From Fibrobacteria bacterium (lineage in GTDB: Bacteria; Fibrobacterota; Fibrobacteria; UBA11236; JADFYW01), in the NCBI GenBank assembly GCA_050294405.1, contig JBNKOC010000003.1:8083-72082 (forward strand): a stretch of DNA of 64,000 bases, read 5' to 3'. The position numbers were made by a program, and so were the translations under genes. The stretch's first letter is position 1. Every line of letters begins with the position of its first letter. Shown one piece after another: positions 42,169 through 51,976 of the stretch. The notes under the pieces were generated by a model, which had not been told where the DNA came from, searched no databases, and saw only the letters and a program-made list of their open reading frames with translations.

Positions 42169-42186
42169 TGTTGCCAAAAAAAGTTG
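42169..42186 (+). promoter_or_regulatory. Repeated 18-bp motif (copy 2) upstream of the GH44 gene
   Basis: TGTTGCCAAAAAAAGTTG. Confidence 0.45.
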
Positions 42187-42306
42187 AACTTTATTTATAA
42201 AAACGCCTACTAATCCTTTATAATGCTTAAAATAAGCATAAAATTGTTTAAACTGTTACCATTTATTATGAATTATTTAGGAAATTTGGTTTTAAGGAGG
42301 CTGCCG

Positions 42307-44880
42307 ATGAATTTTTTACCACCAAAAATTCATAGGGGTTTGTGCAGTCTCCTTATCCTTCATTGCAGTGTGGTATACGCCCAATCTGTCTTTGAGATAA
42401 ATCCCGATTCGGCAAAACAATATATTTATCCGGCCATTTATGGAGTAAATACCCTTCCCCTGAGTAGCGATGCTGTCACGAACGACCTTCCTGTCACAAA
42501 CCTTACGGCCGAGCGTATTGGTGGCAATAGAGTTACTGGGTACAACTGGGAAAACAACGCTTCCAATGCCGGGCTAGATTGGAACCATAACAGCGACAAC
42601 CATTTGTTGACTTCCCCCGTTACCACTGAAACAGAATCAGGCGGTGCTATGGTAACATTTATGAAACGCTGCAAAAATTATAACTGTTATTCCACCATTC
42701 AGCTTCCCATGGCAGGGTATGTTGCTGCCGATATGAGTGGCTCTGTTTCTGTTGAAGAAGCCGCTCCTTCCTCACGCTGGAAAAAAGTAGTCTTTCAAAA
42801 AGGAAGCGATTTTACGCTTAATCCACTTCAAACGGACGACAATGTTTATGTTGATGAATTTGTAAATTATATGGTTCAAAAATTTGGAAAAGCCAGCGAA
42901 GGCGGAGTTAAAAGCTATTGCCTTGATAATGAACCGGGACTGTGGAATTATACACATCCTCGTATTCATCCCCAGCTACCTACAGCGGAAGACATTATCA
43001 ATAGATCTGCAGAACTCTCGCTAGCTGTTAAAGCGGTGGACCCAACGGCTGAAATATTGGGGTTTGAGGCTTTTGGCTGGATGGAATTTCTGGAATTTAC
43101 CAGTGCCACCGGTTGGGAAAATTACCAAAGTAGCTACGATTGGGCTATCAGCGCCTATTTGGGGGAAATGAAAAAAAAATCAGATGCGGCGAACATGAGA
43201 CTTCTCGATGTTCTTACAGTTCACTGGTATCCGGAAGCTACAGGAGATGCCCGTATCAGTTTTGATACCGCAGGCACTGAGGCCACCGTGCAGGCCCGCT
43301 ATCAGGCGCCTCGCTCTCTCTGGGATTCCACCTATGTTGAGAATAGTTGGATCACAAACAGTGGCCAGGGAGACCCAATTAATTTACTACCTCGTTTAAA
43401 GCAATCCGTAGATACCTGGTATCCTGGAACAAAAATTGGAATCACTGAATACTCTTATGGCGGGGAAGGCCATATATCGGGTGGCCTGGCACTTTCAGAT
43501 GTTCTGGGAATATTTGGAAGGGAAGGTATTTATCTTGCCAACCTCCATACAAATGTCAGAGGTTTTTTAAAGCCGGCCTTCCAACTATTTCGAAACTTTG
43601 ACGGAAAATACAACACTTTTGGAGATACCAGTGTTGCCGCTATTTCTCCCAGTGTAGAAGAGTATTCTATATATGCGTCAATCGATTCGGAAAATAGCAA
43701 ATTGCTCCATGTTATTCTTATAAATAAAAAGGCCAGCGATTCACCCGTTAGCGTTAACATCAAAGGAAGCAAGCAGTATAAGTCCGGAATTGTTTACGGT
43801 TTTACCGAGGCCAGTACGGAAATTGCCCGCATGGAGGATGTGGACCCGATTGCAAATAACAATCTTAATTATACTGCGCCGGCCTATTCGGCACTGCACT
43901 TTATATTATCAACAGATGATACAGTAGATCTCCAGACTCCAGACTACTATACTCTCACTATAAACACTTTAGGCAATGGCCTGGTGAACCAGAGTATTAA
44001 TGGAGCTAGATTTAAGGATGGTACCGAAGTTACTTTAACGGCTGTTCCCGCCAGCGGTTGGGAATTTTACGGATGGGTGGGAGCAGATTCAAGTACTAAT
44101 ACAACAATTAGCCTGACAATGAACGAAAACAAAACAATCGAAGCACGGTTTAGCACAGTCAATGATTTAATCCCCAATGGGGATTTTTCAAATGACCTCT
44201 CCAATTGGACCGTAAATACATGGAGTGCCGACGGATCTTCACAAGGTAATGCTGAAGTGGTAGACGGTGTGCTCAAATATACAGTTATCAATGGGGGGCC
44301 GGAAACATGGAATATTCAAATTTATCAAAACCCCGTTTCCTTTATAAAAGGGAAAGCCTATAAACTGACTTTTGATGCCTGGGCTGAAGCTGCTCATCCC
44401 ATGAATGTCTGGACCGCCAATGGTGCGCTTTCAAAAGAAATTTCCTTGACCACAGCCCAAACCACCTACAGCTATACATTTATTGCGGACACCACTGAGG
44501 CCAGTGGAAGGCTTTCTTTTGACATAGGCGGAAACGGAGCGGCCTCTGCAGGGGTTGTTTATCTTGACAACGTTTCGTTAATACAAACGGATTCTATTAC
44601 TGCTATAAAAAAGAACCTGGCATTTAATATGGAAGGGACTGAGTTTGTTGTGTATTCCTCTAATGGCCCGCCCACGATAGTACAATCTTCCCACAAGGGC
44701 GGGCCAGTCACCCTTAGTATTTGTGATTTATCGGGAAAAACGGCTGCGGTGGTTTATAGCGGGCCAGTACATAGCAAGCGCATGACTTTTAAGTTGGATG
44801 GAAATCAATTTGGAAATGGGTTGTATATTATCCGCCTGAAAACTCCCGAAGAAAGCAGATCGGGTAAAATAATGTTTTAG
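42307..44880 (+). CDS. Glycoside hydrolase family 44 with bacterial-repeat and CBM4/9-like domains and a T9SS-like tail
   Basis: AAGGAGG RBS; RIGGNRVTGYNWENNASNAG, LDNEPGLW..THPR and ITEYSYGG; LIPNGDFS CBM-like domain. Confidence 0.92.
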   Translation: MNFLPPKIHRGLCSLLILHCSVVYAQSVFEINPDSAKQYIYPAIYGVNTLPLSSDAVTNDLPVTNLTAERIGGNRVTGYNWENNASNAGLDWNHNSDNHLLTSPVTTETESGGAMVTFMKRCKNYNCYSTIQLPMAGYVAADMSGSVSVEEAAPSSRWKKVVFQKGSDFTLNPLQTDDNVYVDEFVNYMVQKFGKASEGGVKSYCLDNEPGLWNYTHPRIHPQLPTAEDIINRSAELSLAVKAVDPTAEILGFEAFGWMEFLEFTSATGWENYQSSYDWAISAYLGEMKKKSDAANMRLLDVLTVHWYPEATGDARISFDTAGTEATVQARYQAPRSLWDSTYVENSWITNSGQGDPINLLPRLKQSVDTWYPGTKIGITEYSYGGEGHISGGLALSDVLGIFGREGIYLANLHTNVRGFLKPAFQLFRNFDGKYNTFGDTSVAAISPSVEEYSIYASIDSENSKLLHVILINKKASDSPVSVNIKGSKQYKSGIVYGFTEASTEIARMEDVDPIANNNLNYTAPAYSALHFILSTDDTVDLQTPDYYTLTINTLGNGLVNQSINGARFKDGTEVTLTAVPASGWEFYGWVGADSSTNTTISLTMNENKTIEARFSTVNDLIPNGDFSNDLSNWTVNTWSADGSSQGNAEVVDGVLKYTVINGGPETWNIQIYQNPVSFIKGKAYKLTFDAWAEAAHPMNVWTANGALSKEISLTTAQTTYSYTFIADTTEASGRLSFDIGGNGAASAGVVYLDNVSLIQTDSITAIKKNLAFNMEGTEFVVYSSNGPPTIVQSSHKGGPVTLSICDLSGKTAAVVYSGPVHSKRMTFKLDGNQFGNGLYIIRLKTPEESRSGKIMF

Positions 44881-44977
44881 TACAACAAAATTTCAAGTTG
44901 CTATATGACCAAAATATTGGAATACTGCATATTCGCCCAACGATAGGCAAAATGAATTTGTTAAAACAGGAAATAAA

Positions 44978-45331
44978 ATGAAAAAAATAATTACACTAAT
45001 GTTTATGGTTCTGGCTTTAATGGGGTGCCAAAATCCTGTTGATAATTCCACAAACCTATCTGGTCAAGTTGTAGGAATGTGGGAGTGGCTTCCAAATGAA
45101 TCAGCAGATTACGGAGAAACTGAATTTAAGGAAGATTTATCAATGTCTCGAAAAATTAATTCTGTTGAATACGATTTTGGAACATGGAAAATTACTTCTG
45201 AGAACAATAAAACTTTAGTATTTACATGGAATAGCGGCTTTATAGATAGCGTTACATTATCAACAGATAATCTCTCCATGATTAAAAATAATAATGGCGT
45301 TAACATTATTCTTGCTACTAAACAAAAGTAG
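44978..45331 (+). CDS. Small hypothetical lipoprotein
   Basis: Lipobox LMGC; GMW and GTWK lipocalin-like motifs. Confidence 0.7.
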   Translation: MKKIITLMFMVLALMGCQNPVDNSTNLSGQVVGMWEWLPNESADYGETEFKEDLSMSRKINSVEYDFGTWKITSENNKTLVFTWNSGFIDSVTLSTDNLSMIKNNNGVNIILATKQK

Positions 45332-45354
45332 CTGAACTAAATGAATAGTACCTT

Positions 45355-46497
45355 ATGTTAATACTATCAAAAATGAGAATAAAATTTTTTGGATTAGCCA
45401 CATTAATCATGTTACTTTCGGGTGCCTATTCGCAAAACCCCAATTTACATATCTATCTGGCTTTCGGGCAGTCTAATATGGAAGGCCAGGGCAGCATTGA
45501 ATCTCCGGACAGAATGGTTGAGAATGGATTCAAAACATTTCAGGCGTTGGATTGCTCCAACTTGGGAAGGACCAAAGATACCTGGTATACAGCGGAGCCC
45601 CCAACCTGCAATTGCTGGTCAGGCCTTTCTCCCGTAGACTATTTTGGCCGGACCATGCTGGAAGCAGCGCCCGAAGGAGTTGAGATAGGGGTAATCAATG
45701 TTGCCGTGGCGGGGTGTGATATCCGGCTGTTCGACAAAAATATCTACCAGGGTTACGACTCCACCTCTACGGAAAGTTGGTTTTTGGACAGGGTCAAGGC
45801 CTATGAAGGTAACCCGTACCAATACCTTATCGGACGTGCAAAAGTCGCTCAGCAGGATGGTGTGATTAAGGGAATCCTGCTGCACCAAGGAGAAACCAAT
45901 ACCGGAGATACTCAATGGCCGCAATATGTTAAGAAGATTTATAATGACCTGATGGCTGACCTCTCTCTGAATCCCGATTCAGTCCCCATATTGGCCGGGG
46001 AGGTGGTTCACGCTGATCAGCAGGGATGTTGTTCTTCTATGAATAGTATCATCGCTAACCTACCCTCAGTGATTTCAAATGCCCATGTAATCTCATCTCA
46101 GGGATGCACGGTCCAATCAGACAATACCCATTTTGATTCCGAAGGGTATCGGGAACTGGGACGGCGGTACGCCGAGAAAATGCTTGCCCTGATAGATTAT
46201 AGCGTTTCCCTTCCGCTGATGAGTGCTGAGACGAACGGTTATTTTTTACAGAGGAATGAACCAGGTTCTCTTTCACAAACCAGCGGCATCACTTTTGGAA
46301 TCCCAGGCAAAACGCATGTTTCGCTCAAGGTTTTTAACTCACATGGGGATGTTGTTACCGAGTTGGCCGGAAGGGAATTTATCTCGGGCAGGCATACTAT
46401 TGGTCTCGGCACATTGGAACTTGCACCCGGCAGTTATTACTATACCCTGCGGGCGGATGGGTTTTTTACCACCCACCAGTGGATTTTGCTCCCGTAG
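45355..46497 (+). CDS. SASA/CE6 family carbohydrate acetylesterase with T9SS-like tail
   Basis: GQSNMEG, GILLHQGE and DNTHF; tail VFNSHG...GSYYYTL. Confidence 0.9.
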   Translation: MLILSKMRIKFFGLATLIMLLSGAYSQNPNLHIYLAFGQSNMEGQGSIESPDRMVENGFKTFQALDCSNLGRTKDTWYTAEPPTCNCWSGLSPVDYFGRTMLEAAPEGVEIGVINVAVAGCDIRLFDKNIYQGYDSTSTESWFLDRVKAYEGNPYQYLIGRAKVAQQDGVIKGILLHQGETNTGDTQWPQYVKKIYNDLMADLSLNPDSVPILAGEVVHADQQGCCSSMNSIIANLPSVISNAHVISSQGCTVQSDNTHFDSEGYRELGRRYAEKMLALIDYSVSLPLMSAETNGYFLQRNEPGSLSQTSGITFGIPGKTHVSLKVFNSHGDVVTELAGREFISGRHTIGLGTLELAPGSYYYTLRADGFFTTHQWILLP

Positions 46498-46585
46498 TGA
46501 TTTGAATTGTGTTAAAAAATATGAACAAATTTTTTTGGCTAAGTTTTACCACACCTAAAAGTTCTCATTCTTTAGGTGCCCGATT

Positions 46586-46890
46586 TTAAGTAAATCCGGA
46601 AAGTAACTTCTTAAATATCATATGAAGAGTTTTGTATTCAGAGTGACTCAATTGAAAATGCTCCTCAATACATCTTTTATAAATCGGCCATGCCTTTTTT
46701 AATTCAATGGTTCCTTTTTTAGTTAATACAGCAAAAACGCTTCGGCCATCGGATTTATCAGCGACTCTTTTTATCAGTTGATTTTTTTCGAGGCTTGTCA
46801 GGGTTTTTGATATGCCGCTTTTGGTTAGAATACATGCCTTAGCCAATTCTTTTTGTCGTAACTTTTGTTCGGGAGCGATTTTGAGAGTAA
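46586..46890 (-). pseudogene. 5'-truncated MarR family regulator
   Basis: APEQKLRQKELAKACILTKSGISKTL...DGRSVFAVLT. The N-terminal helices and a proper start are missing; the frame runs head-on into doxX. Left boundary of the junction is approximate. Confidence 0.7.
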
Positions 46891-47279
46891 CAGCCGGTAT
46901 TATGATATTCCCTCATGGGGCTCAAAAACTTTTGGGATGGTTTAGCGGCTTCGGGTTTTCCGGTACAATGAATTATTTCACTCAAACCATGAATTTCCCA
47001 TGGATATTAGGTCTGCTGATCATTTTACTGGAATTTTTTGGGTCTCTCTTTTTAATAGCCGGTCTGGGAACCAGGGTCTTTAGTTCACTCCTTATTGTTA
47101 TCATGGTCTGTGCTATGTTTATGGTACACCTTCCCAATGGATTTTTTATGAATTGGGACGGAAATCAATCAGGAGAGGGTGTAGAGTTTTTTATTTTGGC
47201 CATTGGAACTCTTATGGCTCTAGTGATATCAGGAGGGGGTGCCTTCTCAATAGATAAAGTGCTTTTCAAACATGGGTAA
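46870..47279 (+). pseudogene. DoxX family protein, probably 5'-truncated
   Basis: AILRVTAGIMIFPHGAQKLLGWF...GEGVEF; the sequence upstream is the antisense of marR. Confidence 0.7.
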
Positions 47280-47381
47280 ATTCATTATAATCCCGGAATG
47301 GTAAGGAACCTCTAGGCTCCTTACATAATCTCCGGCAAAGCTCATTGGCAAAGTGGGCAATAGAGTTTTACATTTAATTGG

Positions 47382-47774
47382 GTGAAAAGTAAAAAGCTGG
47401 AAAATGTTCTTGAAATATTCACAACCTTTTTAAAGCTAGGGCTAACATCCTTTGGCGGCCCTGTAGCGCACCTGGGCTATTTCAGAAGAGAAATTGTAGA
47501 AAAACGCCAATGGCTTGATGAAAACCAATTCGGGCAGCTTATAGCTATTTGCTAATTTTTGCCAGGGCCAGCAAGTAGCCAGGTTGGCTTTAGCGTTTTT
47601 ACTGGCCTCATCGGCAGCCTTTCAACTTTTCTTGGTGGAGTTTTGTTTGTTATTTTTTTAGGTCTATTGGTCATTCTTCCTTTTACGGCAAGCAGTGAGG
47701 GTGGTTATAGTTATGTTGCCCAGGCCTTTTATCGTGCCGGAGCTTTGGTTTTTGGCGGAGGCCATGTTTTATAG
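47382..47774 (+). pseudogene. chrA: Chromate transporter remnant
   Basis: FLKLGLTSFGGPVAHLGYF...IAIC*FLPGPASSQVG with an in-frame TAA at 47553-47555. It then jumps to the second-domain motif AGALVFGGGHV and ends. Confidence 0.9.
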
Positions 47775-48791
47775 AGGAATTTGCAGCGACTTCCAAACCT
47801 TTCCACCCTGTGTCTTGATTTGCAACTCCGCCAAACCCTTCTCCCAATCCAGAGAAATCAGACAGTAATTTAACTCGAATAAAGTGGGGGGCTGAAACAG
47901 CTTGTAAATTTTTTCTCCCAGGACCTTAAAAATATTCCGGTTATGGGTCATGCCGCTGGAGGTGGCTTCCACAACTTCCCAGTTTCCTGCCTCTATGGGT
48001 TTTTTATACATTTGAGCGTAGTGCTTGTCTCCGGAAAGTAAAATAAGGCTGGAAGGATGTAGTTTTTCCAAAAGGGAAAAAAGCCGTTTTTTTTCTTTGG
48101 GGTAATTGGCCCATTGCTCCCCCTGTGTTTTAGGGCTAATTATTTGAATGCTGGACACCAGAATATGTACTCTGGCCTTACTATTTTTCAATTCCTTTTC
48201 CAGCCACTGCCACTGGGATTCTCCCAATAACTTTGCATCCTCGGCCTGGGGTTCCATAAAATAGCGGGTATCCAAAAGTATAATTTTAACTGTATTCGGT
48301 TCCTCGCCAAATAAATAGGATGTATAAACTCCCGGTCGTTTCCGTCTGGGGGAATCGATGGGCTCTTCCATAAAATCAAGGAACAGGCGCTGGCTCATTT
48401 TTTTGGAAGGGTTCCACCTTCCCATGTTATTATCACCGAAATCGTGGTCATCCCAAGTGCCGATAATCCGGGTGTTTTTTCTAAGAGCTGTATAACCAGG
48501 ATTGGCAAGTTGTTCGTCGTATTTTGCTTTAAGCGTATCTTCCGAATGGGTGTTTGCGTAAACATTGTCGCCCCCCCATATCCAAACATCGGGCCTGTCG
48601 TTTAAAATATCCTTCCACAGGGGCTGGGGGAGATGGGACTTATTACAGGAGCCAAAGGCAACTACAAAGCGATAGCCCTTTTCCAAGTCCATGGAAAAAC
48701 TTGAGCATATAAATAAGGTTAACATCAAAGGAATACTGCTAAGCCCTTGAAAACTGCAGAATGGGGATAAATTATGCTTCAAAAATCTCAA
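47769..48791 (-). CDS. Alkaline phosphatase D (PhoD) family protein
   Basis: AFGSC, GDNVYA, WDDHD, LDTRY and LSGDKH. Confidence 0.9.
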   Translation of the reverse strand: MRFLKHNLSPFCSFQGLSSIPLMLTLFICSSFSMDLEKGYRFVVAFGSCNKSHLPQPLWKDILNDRPDVWIWGGDNVYANTHSEDTLKAKYDEQLANPGYTALRKNTRIIGTWDDHDFGDNNMGRWNPSKKMSQRLFLDFMEEPIDSPRRKRPGVYTSYLFGEEPNTVKIILLDTRYFMEPQAEDAKLLGESQWQWLEKELKNSKARVHILVSSIQIISPKTQGEQWANYPKEKKRLFSLLEKLHPSSLILLSGDKHYAQMYKKPIEAGNWEVVEATSSGMTHNRNIFKVLGEKIYKLFQPPTLFELNYCLISLDWEKGLAELQIKTQGGKVWKSLQIPL

Positions 48792-48885
48792 GGATTAACA
48801 ATGTAAAAAAACCAGTGAAAATTTACCCGGGAGCTGCTATTTTGTGTACTCCAACTTCTGACGAGCATCAGTCAATTTGAAATCC

Positions 48886-50292
48886 ATGAAAGAAAAAAGA
48901 CCAAACCAGCTTTTCCATATTTTGGCTTCAATTGTTTTTATGGTAATGGTCAGTATTGTGTCGGCTCAGCCGGTGTCGGTTCCTGTTTCAGAAAAAAAGA
49001 GTTCTGGGGAGAACAGTCCGCTTCCAAAGGACAGTTTGGGGGACAGTTCCAACACCGCATTGGATTCCGGTGCACAGGCTGGGAATGTTAATGCTGCTGT
49101 GACCAGCCAAAGAAACCCTCATAAGAAACTCCCGGCTAAAGCTCCCTGGGAGCATATTGTTTCAGCACCTGGCTATGTTATAAATGCCCCCTTTTGGCTT
49201 CTGAACAAAACTGTGGAAAAAACCATTTACTATGTGGATGAAAATAAAATTGTACCCAAAGTGAAAAGAATTTTAATATCTGAGGACGGAACCCGTGTTA
49301 TAATGCCCACTTACGATGTTCGGGTGGGGTCGGGCCTTAAAATCACCAAGTCGCAACTTTTTTCTGATAGCTCTCTTTCAGCAGTGGGTTTAAGTCACGG
49401 ACTCGATTCCCGAAGGGGAGCTTATCTTTACCTTCTGGATAATCCCCTTTTGGGTTCCTCTACATTTGATTTTAAAACGGAGTATCAAAACCTTTACGAT
49501 GTGGAATTTTATGGTTGGGGCCCCGATACCAAACCCGAAGATGAGGGGGAGTATTCAAACTCTCAGCTAGAAGTGGATCTCCTTTTTAAATTTCCTGTGA
49601 CTTCAGGTCTGACTTTGGGTATGGGTCCAGGATACCGTTACCATAACATCCGTAATTACGAAGAGGATGAAGAGCCAATTCTGTCTGTTTTTCCCGAGTT
49701 ACCTTATATTCAGCGGGGCTTTGAACCCGACTTAAATTTGGGAAATTTCGAAATTGGATTCATTTACAATAGTTTAACTCCGCTGGGACATCCCTTAACC
49801 GGAATACGTGGGGAGTTCAAAATGGATTATTACTATGAGTTGGGCAAAGATAAATACCGATTTGCCGTGCTGGAAAGCGATTATAAACAAAGTTTCCATT
49901 TGTTTTATGACAGAAGCTTTCAGATTAGATTAAATGCTTCTTTGGTCAGGGCTTTTAAAGGGCGGAATCTACCTTTCTACTATCTAAGTGAGTTGGGAGA
50001 AACAGGAACCATTAGAGGCTACGAAAGGGGGCGCTTTAGGGACCGGGACAGAGTGATGGGAAACTTAGAATACCGCTATCCGATTTGGTCTCCCGAATAC
50101 AGAGTGCTGGAAGCCGTTGTCTTTGTGGACGGAGGCCAGGTAACATCCGATATATTCCGGCGTTTGTCCTGGGATAAAATGCGTTATGGCTATGGCTTTG
50201 GGATTAGGGCCTACAGCTCAAAAAACCGTGTGTTGAGTTGGGAATTTGCTTTCAGCGAAGAAGGCTTCCAGGCCTATTTTCTATTGAATTAA
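48886..50292 (+). CDS. BamA/TamA (Omp85) family outer-membrane barrel protein lacking obvious POTRA domains
   Basis: Signal peptide; loop-6 motif LG...IRGY..GRFRD, EYRYPI, FVDGGQV and YGYGFGIR. Confidence 0.8.
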   Translation: MKEKRPNQLFHILASIVFMVMVSIVSAQPVSVPVSEKKSSGENSPLPKDSLGDSSNTALDSGAQAGNVNAAVTSQRNPHKKLPAKAPWEHIVSAPGYVINAPFWLLNKTVEKTIYYVDENKIVPKVKRILISEDGTRVIMPTYDVRVGSGLKITKSQLFSDSSLSAVGLSHGLDSRRGAYLYLLDNPLLGSSTFDFKTEYQNLYDVEFYGWGPDTKPEDEGEYSNSQLEVDLLFKFPVTSGLTLGMGPGYRYHNIRNYEEDEEPILSVFPELPYIQRGFEPDLNLGNFEIGFIYNSLTPLGHPLTGIRGEFKMDYYYELGKDKYRFAVLESDYKQSFHLFYDRSFQIRLNASLVRAFKGRNLPFYYLSELGETGTIRGYERGRFRDRDRVMGNLEYRYPIWSPEYRVLEAVVFVDGGQVTSDIFRRLSWDKMRYGYGFGIRAYSSKNRVLSWEFAFSEEGFQAYFLLN

Positions 50293-50295
50293 ATT

Positions 50296-51975
50296 ATGAT
50301 GAGGCAAATGAAGCATATTGTTAACATGGGGCTTTTATGCCTTCTATGGGGCAATAGTTGGTCCCAGGAATTTAAACCCTGGATGCCTCCTCTTAAAATT
50401 CCCGATGATCGCAGTGACATTCCCCTTCCGCCCCCGGAGTTTAAAAATGTATGGGCAGATGCCTACAGCCGCCAGGTAACCCAACCCATAACACGGGCAT
50501 TTGATTTTTCCCGTTGGCTGCGGGTAATAACAGGAAACCCCAAGCAGGCCATGAATGTTAATGAGTTTGACGAGGTGGAAAACTCCAGTTGGTTCAGCAA
50601 TCGAAATACCATACGTCCATTAACCCCTGAGGAAATCCGCAGGGGACCCAGGACCATAGCCGGACCAGATACATCGGGGCTATGGACCATCTTCAAAGTG
50701 AAATCCGAAGGTATGGCTCCGGGGTTTTGGATTGAGGATGCGGCGGGGAACAAGTTTATTATCAAACCCGAAATTAAAAATTTTCCTGAGGTAGGAACAT
50801 CTGCGGAAAATATCACCACTTTGTTGTATTATGCCGCAGGCTATAACACTCCTGAAAATTACCTGGCGGAATTTAAGCTGGACCGTCTCAAAATTGGCGA
50901 AGGGGTGAATTTTGTGGACAGTAGGGGGGTGAAGCGGTTAATGACTCCTAAGGATTTGGATGAAATTCTTGCCAGAACCCATGTTCGCCCTGATGGGCGG
51001 GTCAGGGCAACCGCCAGCCGTTTTATCAAGGGAAAACCTGTGGGCTCTTTTAGTTTTACCGGAACCCGAGAGGGAGATCCCAATGACATTGTACCCCACC
51101 AGCACCGCAGGGAATTGCGCGGGCTCTATGTATTTGCCAGCTGGACCAATCACCACGATCTCAACTCGGGCAATTTTTTTGATAGCTATGTGGAAGATGA
51201 AGGTAAACGCTACATTCGCCACTATCTGCTCGACTTCAGTTCCTCGTTGGGAGCTTCCCTTTTCGGAGCTCAACCCAAAGTGCGGGGTTACGAACCCTTA
51301 ATGAATCCCATCTATACATTTGTTGTGAACCCGGTTCTAAATGCCTTTCGGGCGCCAAAATGGGAAACGGACAATCCCATTAAAAATAATTCTGTGGGCC
51401 GTTTCAATAACCACATTTTTAATCCCGGCAAATTTAAAATCAACTACCCCTTAGAGGCCTTTTCCCGTCTTACAAACAGGGACGGATATTGGGGAGCAAA
51501 ATTGGTGAAATCCTTTACAGATGATCAAATACGGTCTGTTGTCCAAGAGGGTTTTTATTCTGACAGCACTTCGCCAGGTATATTGGCGGATATTTTAATC
51601 GAACGCAGGGATATTATCGCCCGCTACTGGTATGCCCGCGTCAATCCGTTGGAAAATTTCAGGTTTGATTCGCAACATTACCGTTTGTACTTCAGTGATC
51701 AGGCCTTGCAGGACAACATCGCAAACCCCGAAAAAACCATCTACCAATTTTCTTTGCGGCATAATGGTGAAAGCGTGGAGGGAAATGCATTATGGCAGTC
51801 GGCAGACAGCTGTTTAAAAATTCAAAAGCCCGATGTAATAAAAAAGCCCTTCGATCAAATTGAGGTTAGCATTAAAACGATTCGGGGTTCTGAAAAACCC
51901 GGCCCCTATATTAAAGTGTACCTCAATTCCCTGGATGGAGGGCCTCATCAGTTTGTGGGCTTTGAAAGGGAATAA
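50296..51975 (+). CDS. Secreted hypothetical protein with atypical (HipA/PI3K/CotH-like) kinase motifs
   Basis: Signal peptide; KSEGMAPGF..FIIK..AE, NHHDLNSGN and LLDFSSSLG. Confidence 0.65.
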   Translation: MMRQMKHIVNMGLLCLLWGNSWSQEFKPWMPPLKIPDDRSDIPLPPPEFKNVWADAYSRQVTQPITRAFDFSRWLRVITGNPKQAMNVNEFDEVENSSWFSNRNTIRPLTPEEIRRGPRTIAGPDTSGLWTIFKVKSEGMAPGFWIEDAAGNKFIIKPEIKNFPEVGTSAENITTLLYYAAGYNTPENYLAEFKLDRLKIGEGVNFVDSRGVKRLMTPKDLDEILARTHVRPDGRVRATASRFIKGKPVGSFSFTGTREGDPNDIVPHQHRRELRGLYVFASWTNHHDLNSGNFFDSYVEDEGKRYIRHYLLDFSSSLGASLFGAQPKVRGYEPLMNPIYTFVVNPVLNAFRAPKWETDNPIKNNSVGRFNNHIFNPGKFKINYPLEAFSRLTNRDGYWGAKLVKSFTDDQIRSVVQEGFYSDSTSPGILADILIERRDIIARYWYARVNPLENFRFDSQHYRLYFSDQALQDNIANPEKTIYQFSLRHNGESVEGNALWQSADSCLKIQKPDVIKKPFDQIEVSIKTIRGSEKPGPYIKVYLNSLDGGPHQFVGFERE

Positions 51976-51976
51976 T

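Noticed and set aside
44885..44950. Possible degenerate attC (…GCCCAACGATAGGC) before the small lipoprotein
   Set aside because: The core GTT is absent, there is no clear R'' box, and the pairing is weak.
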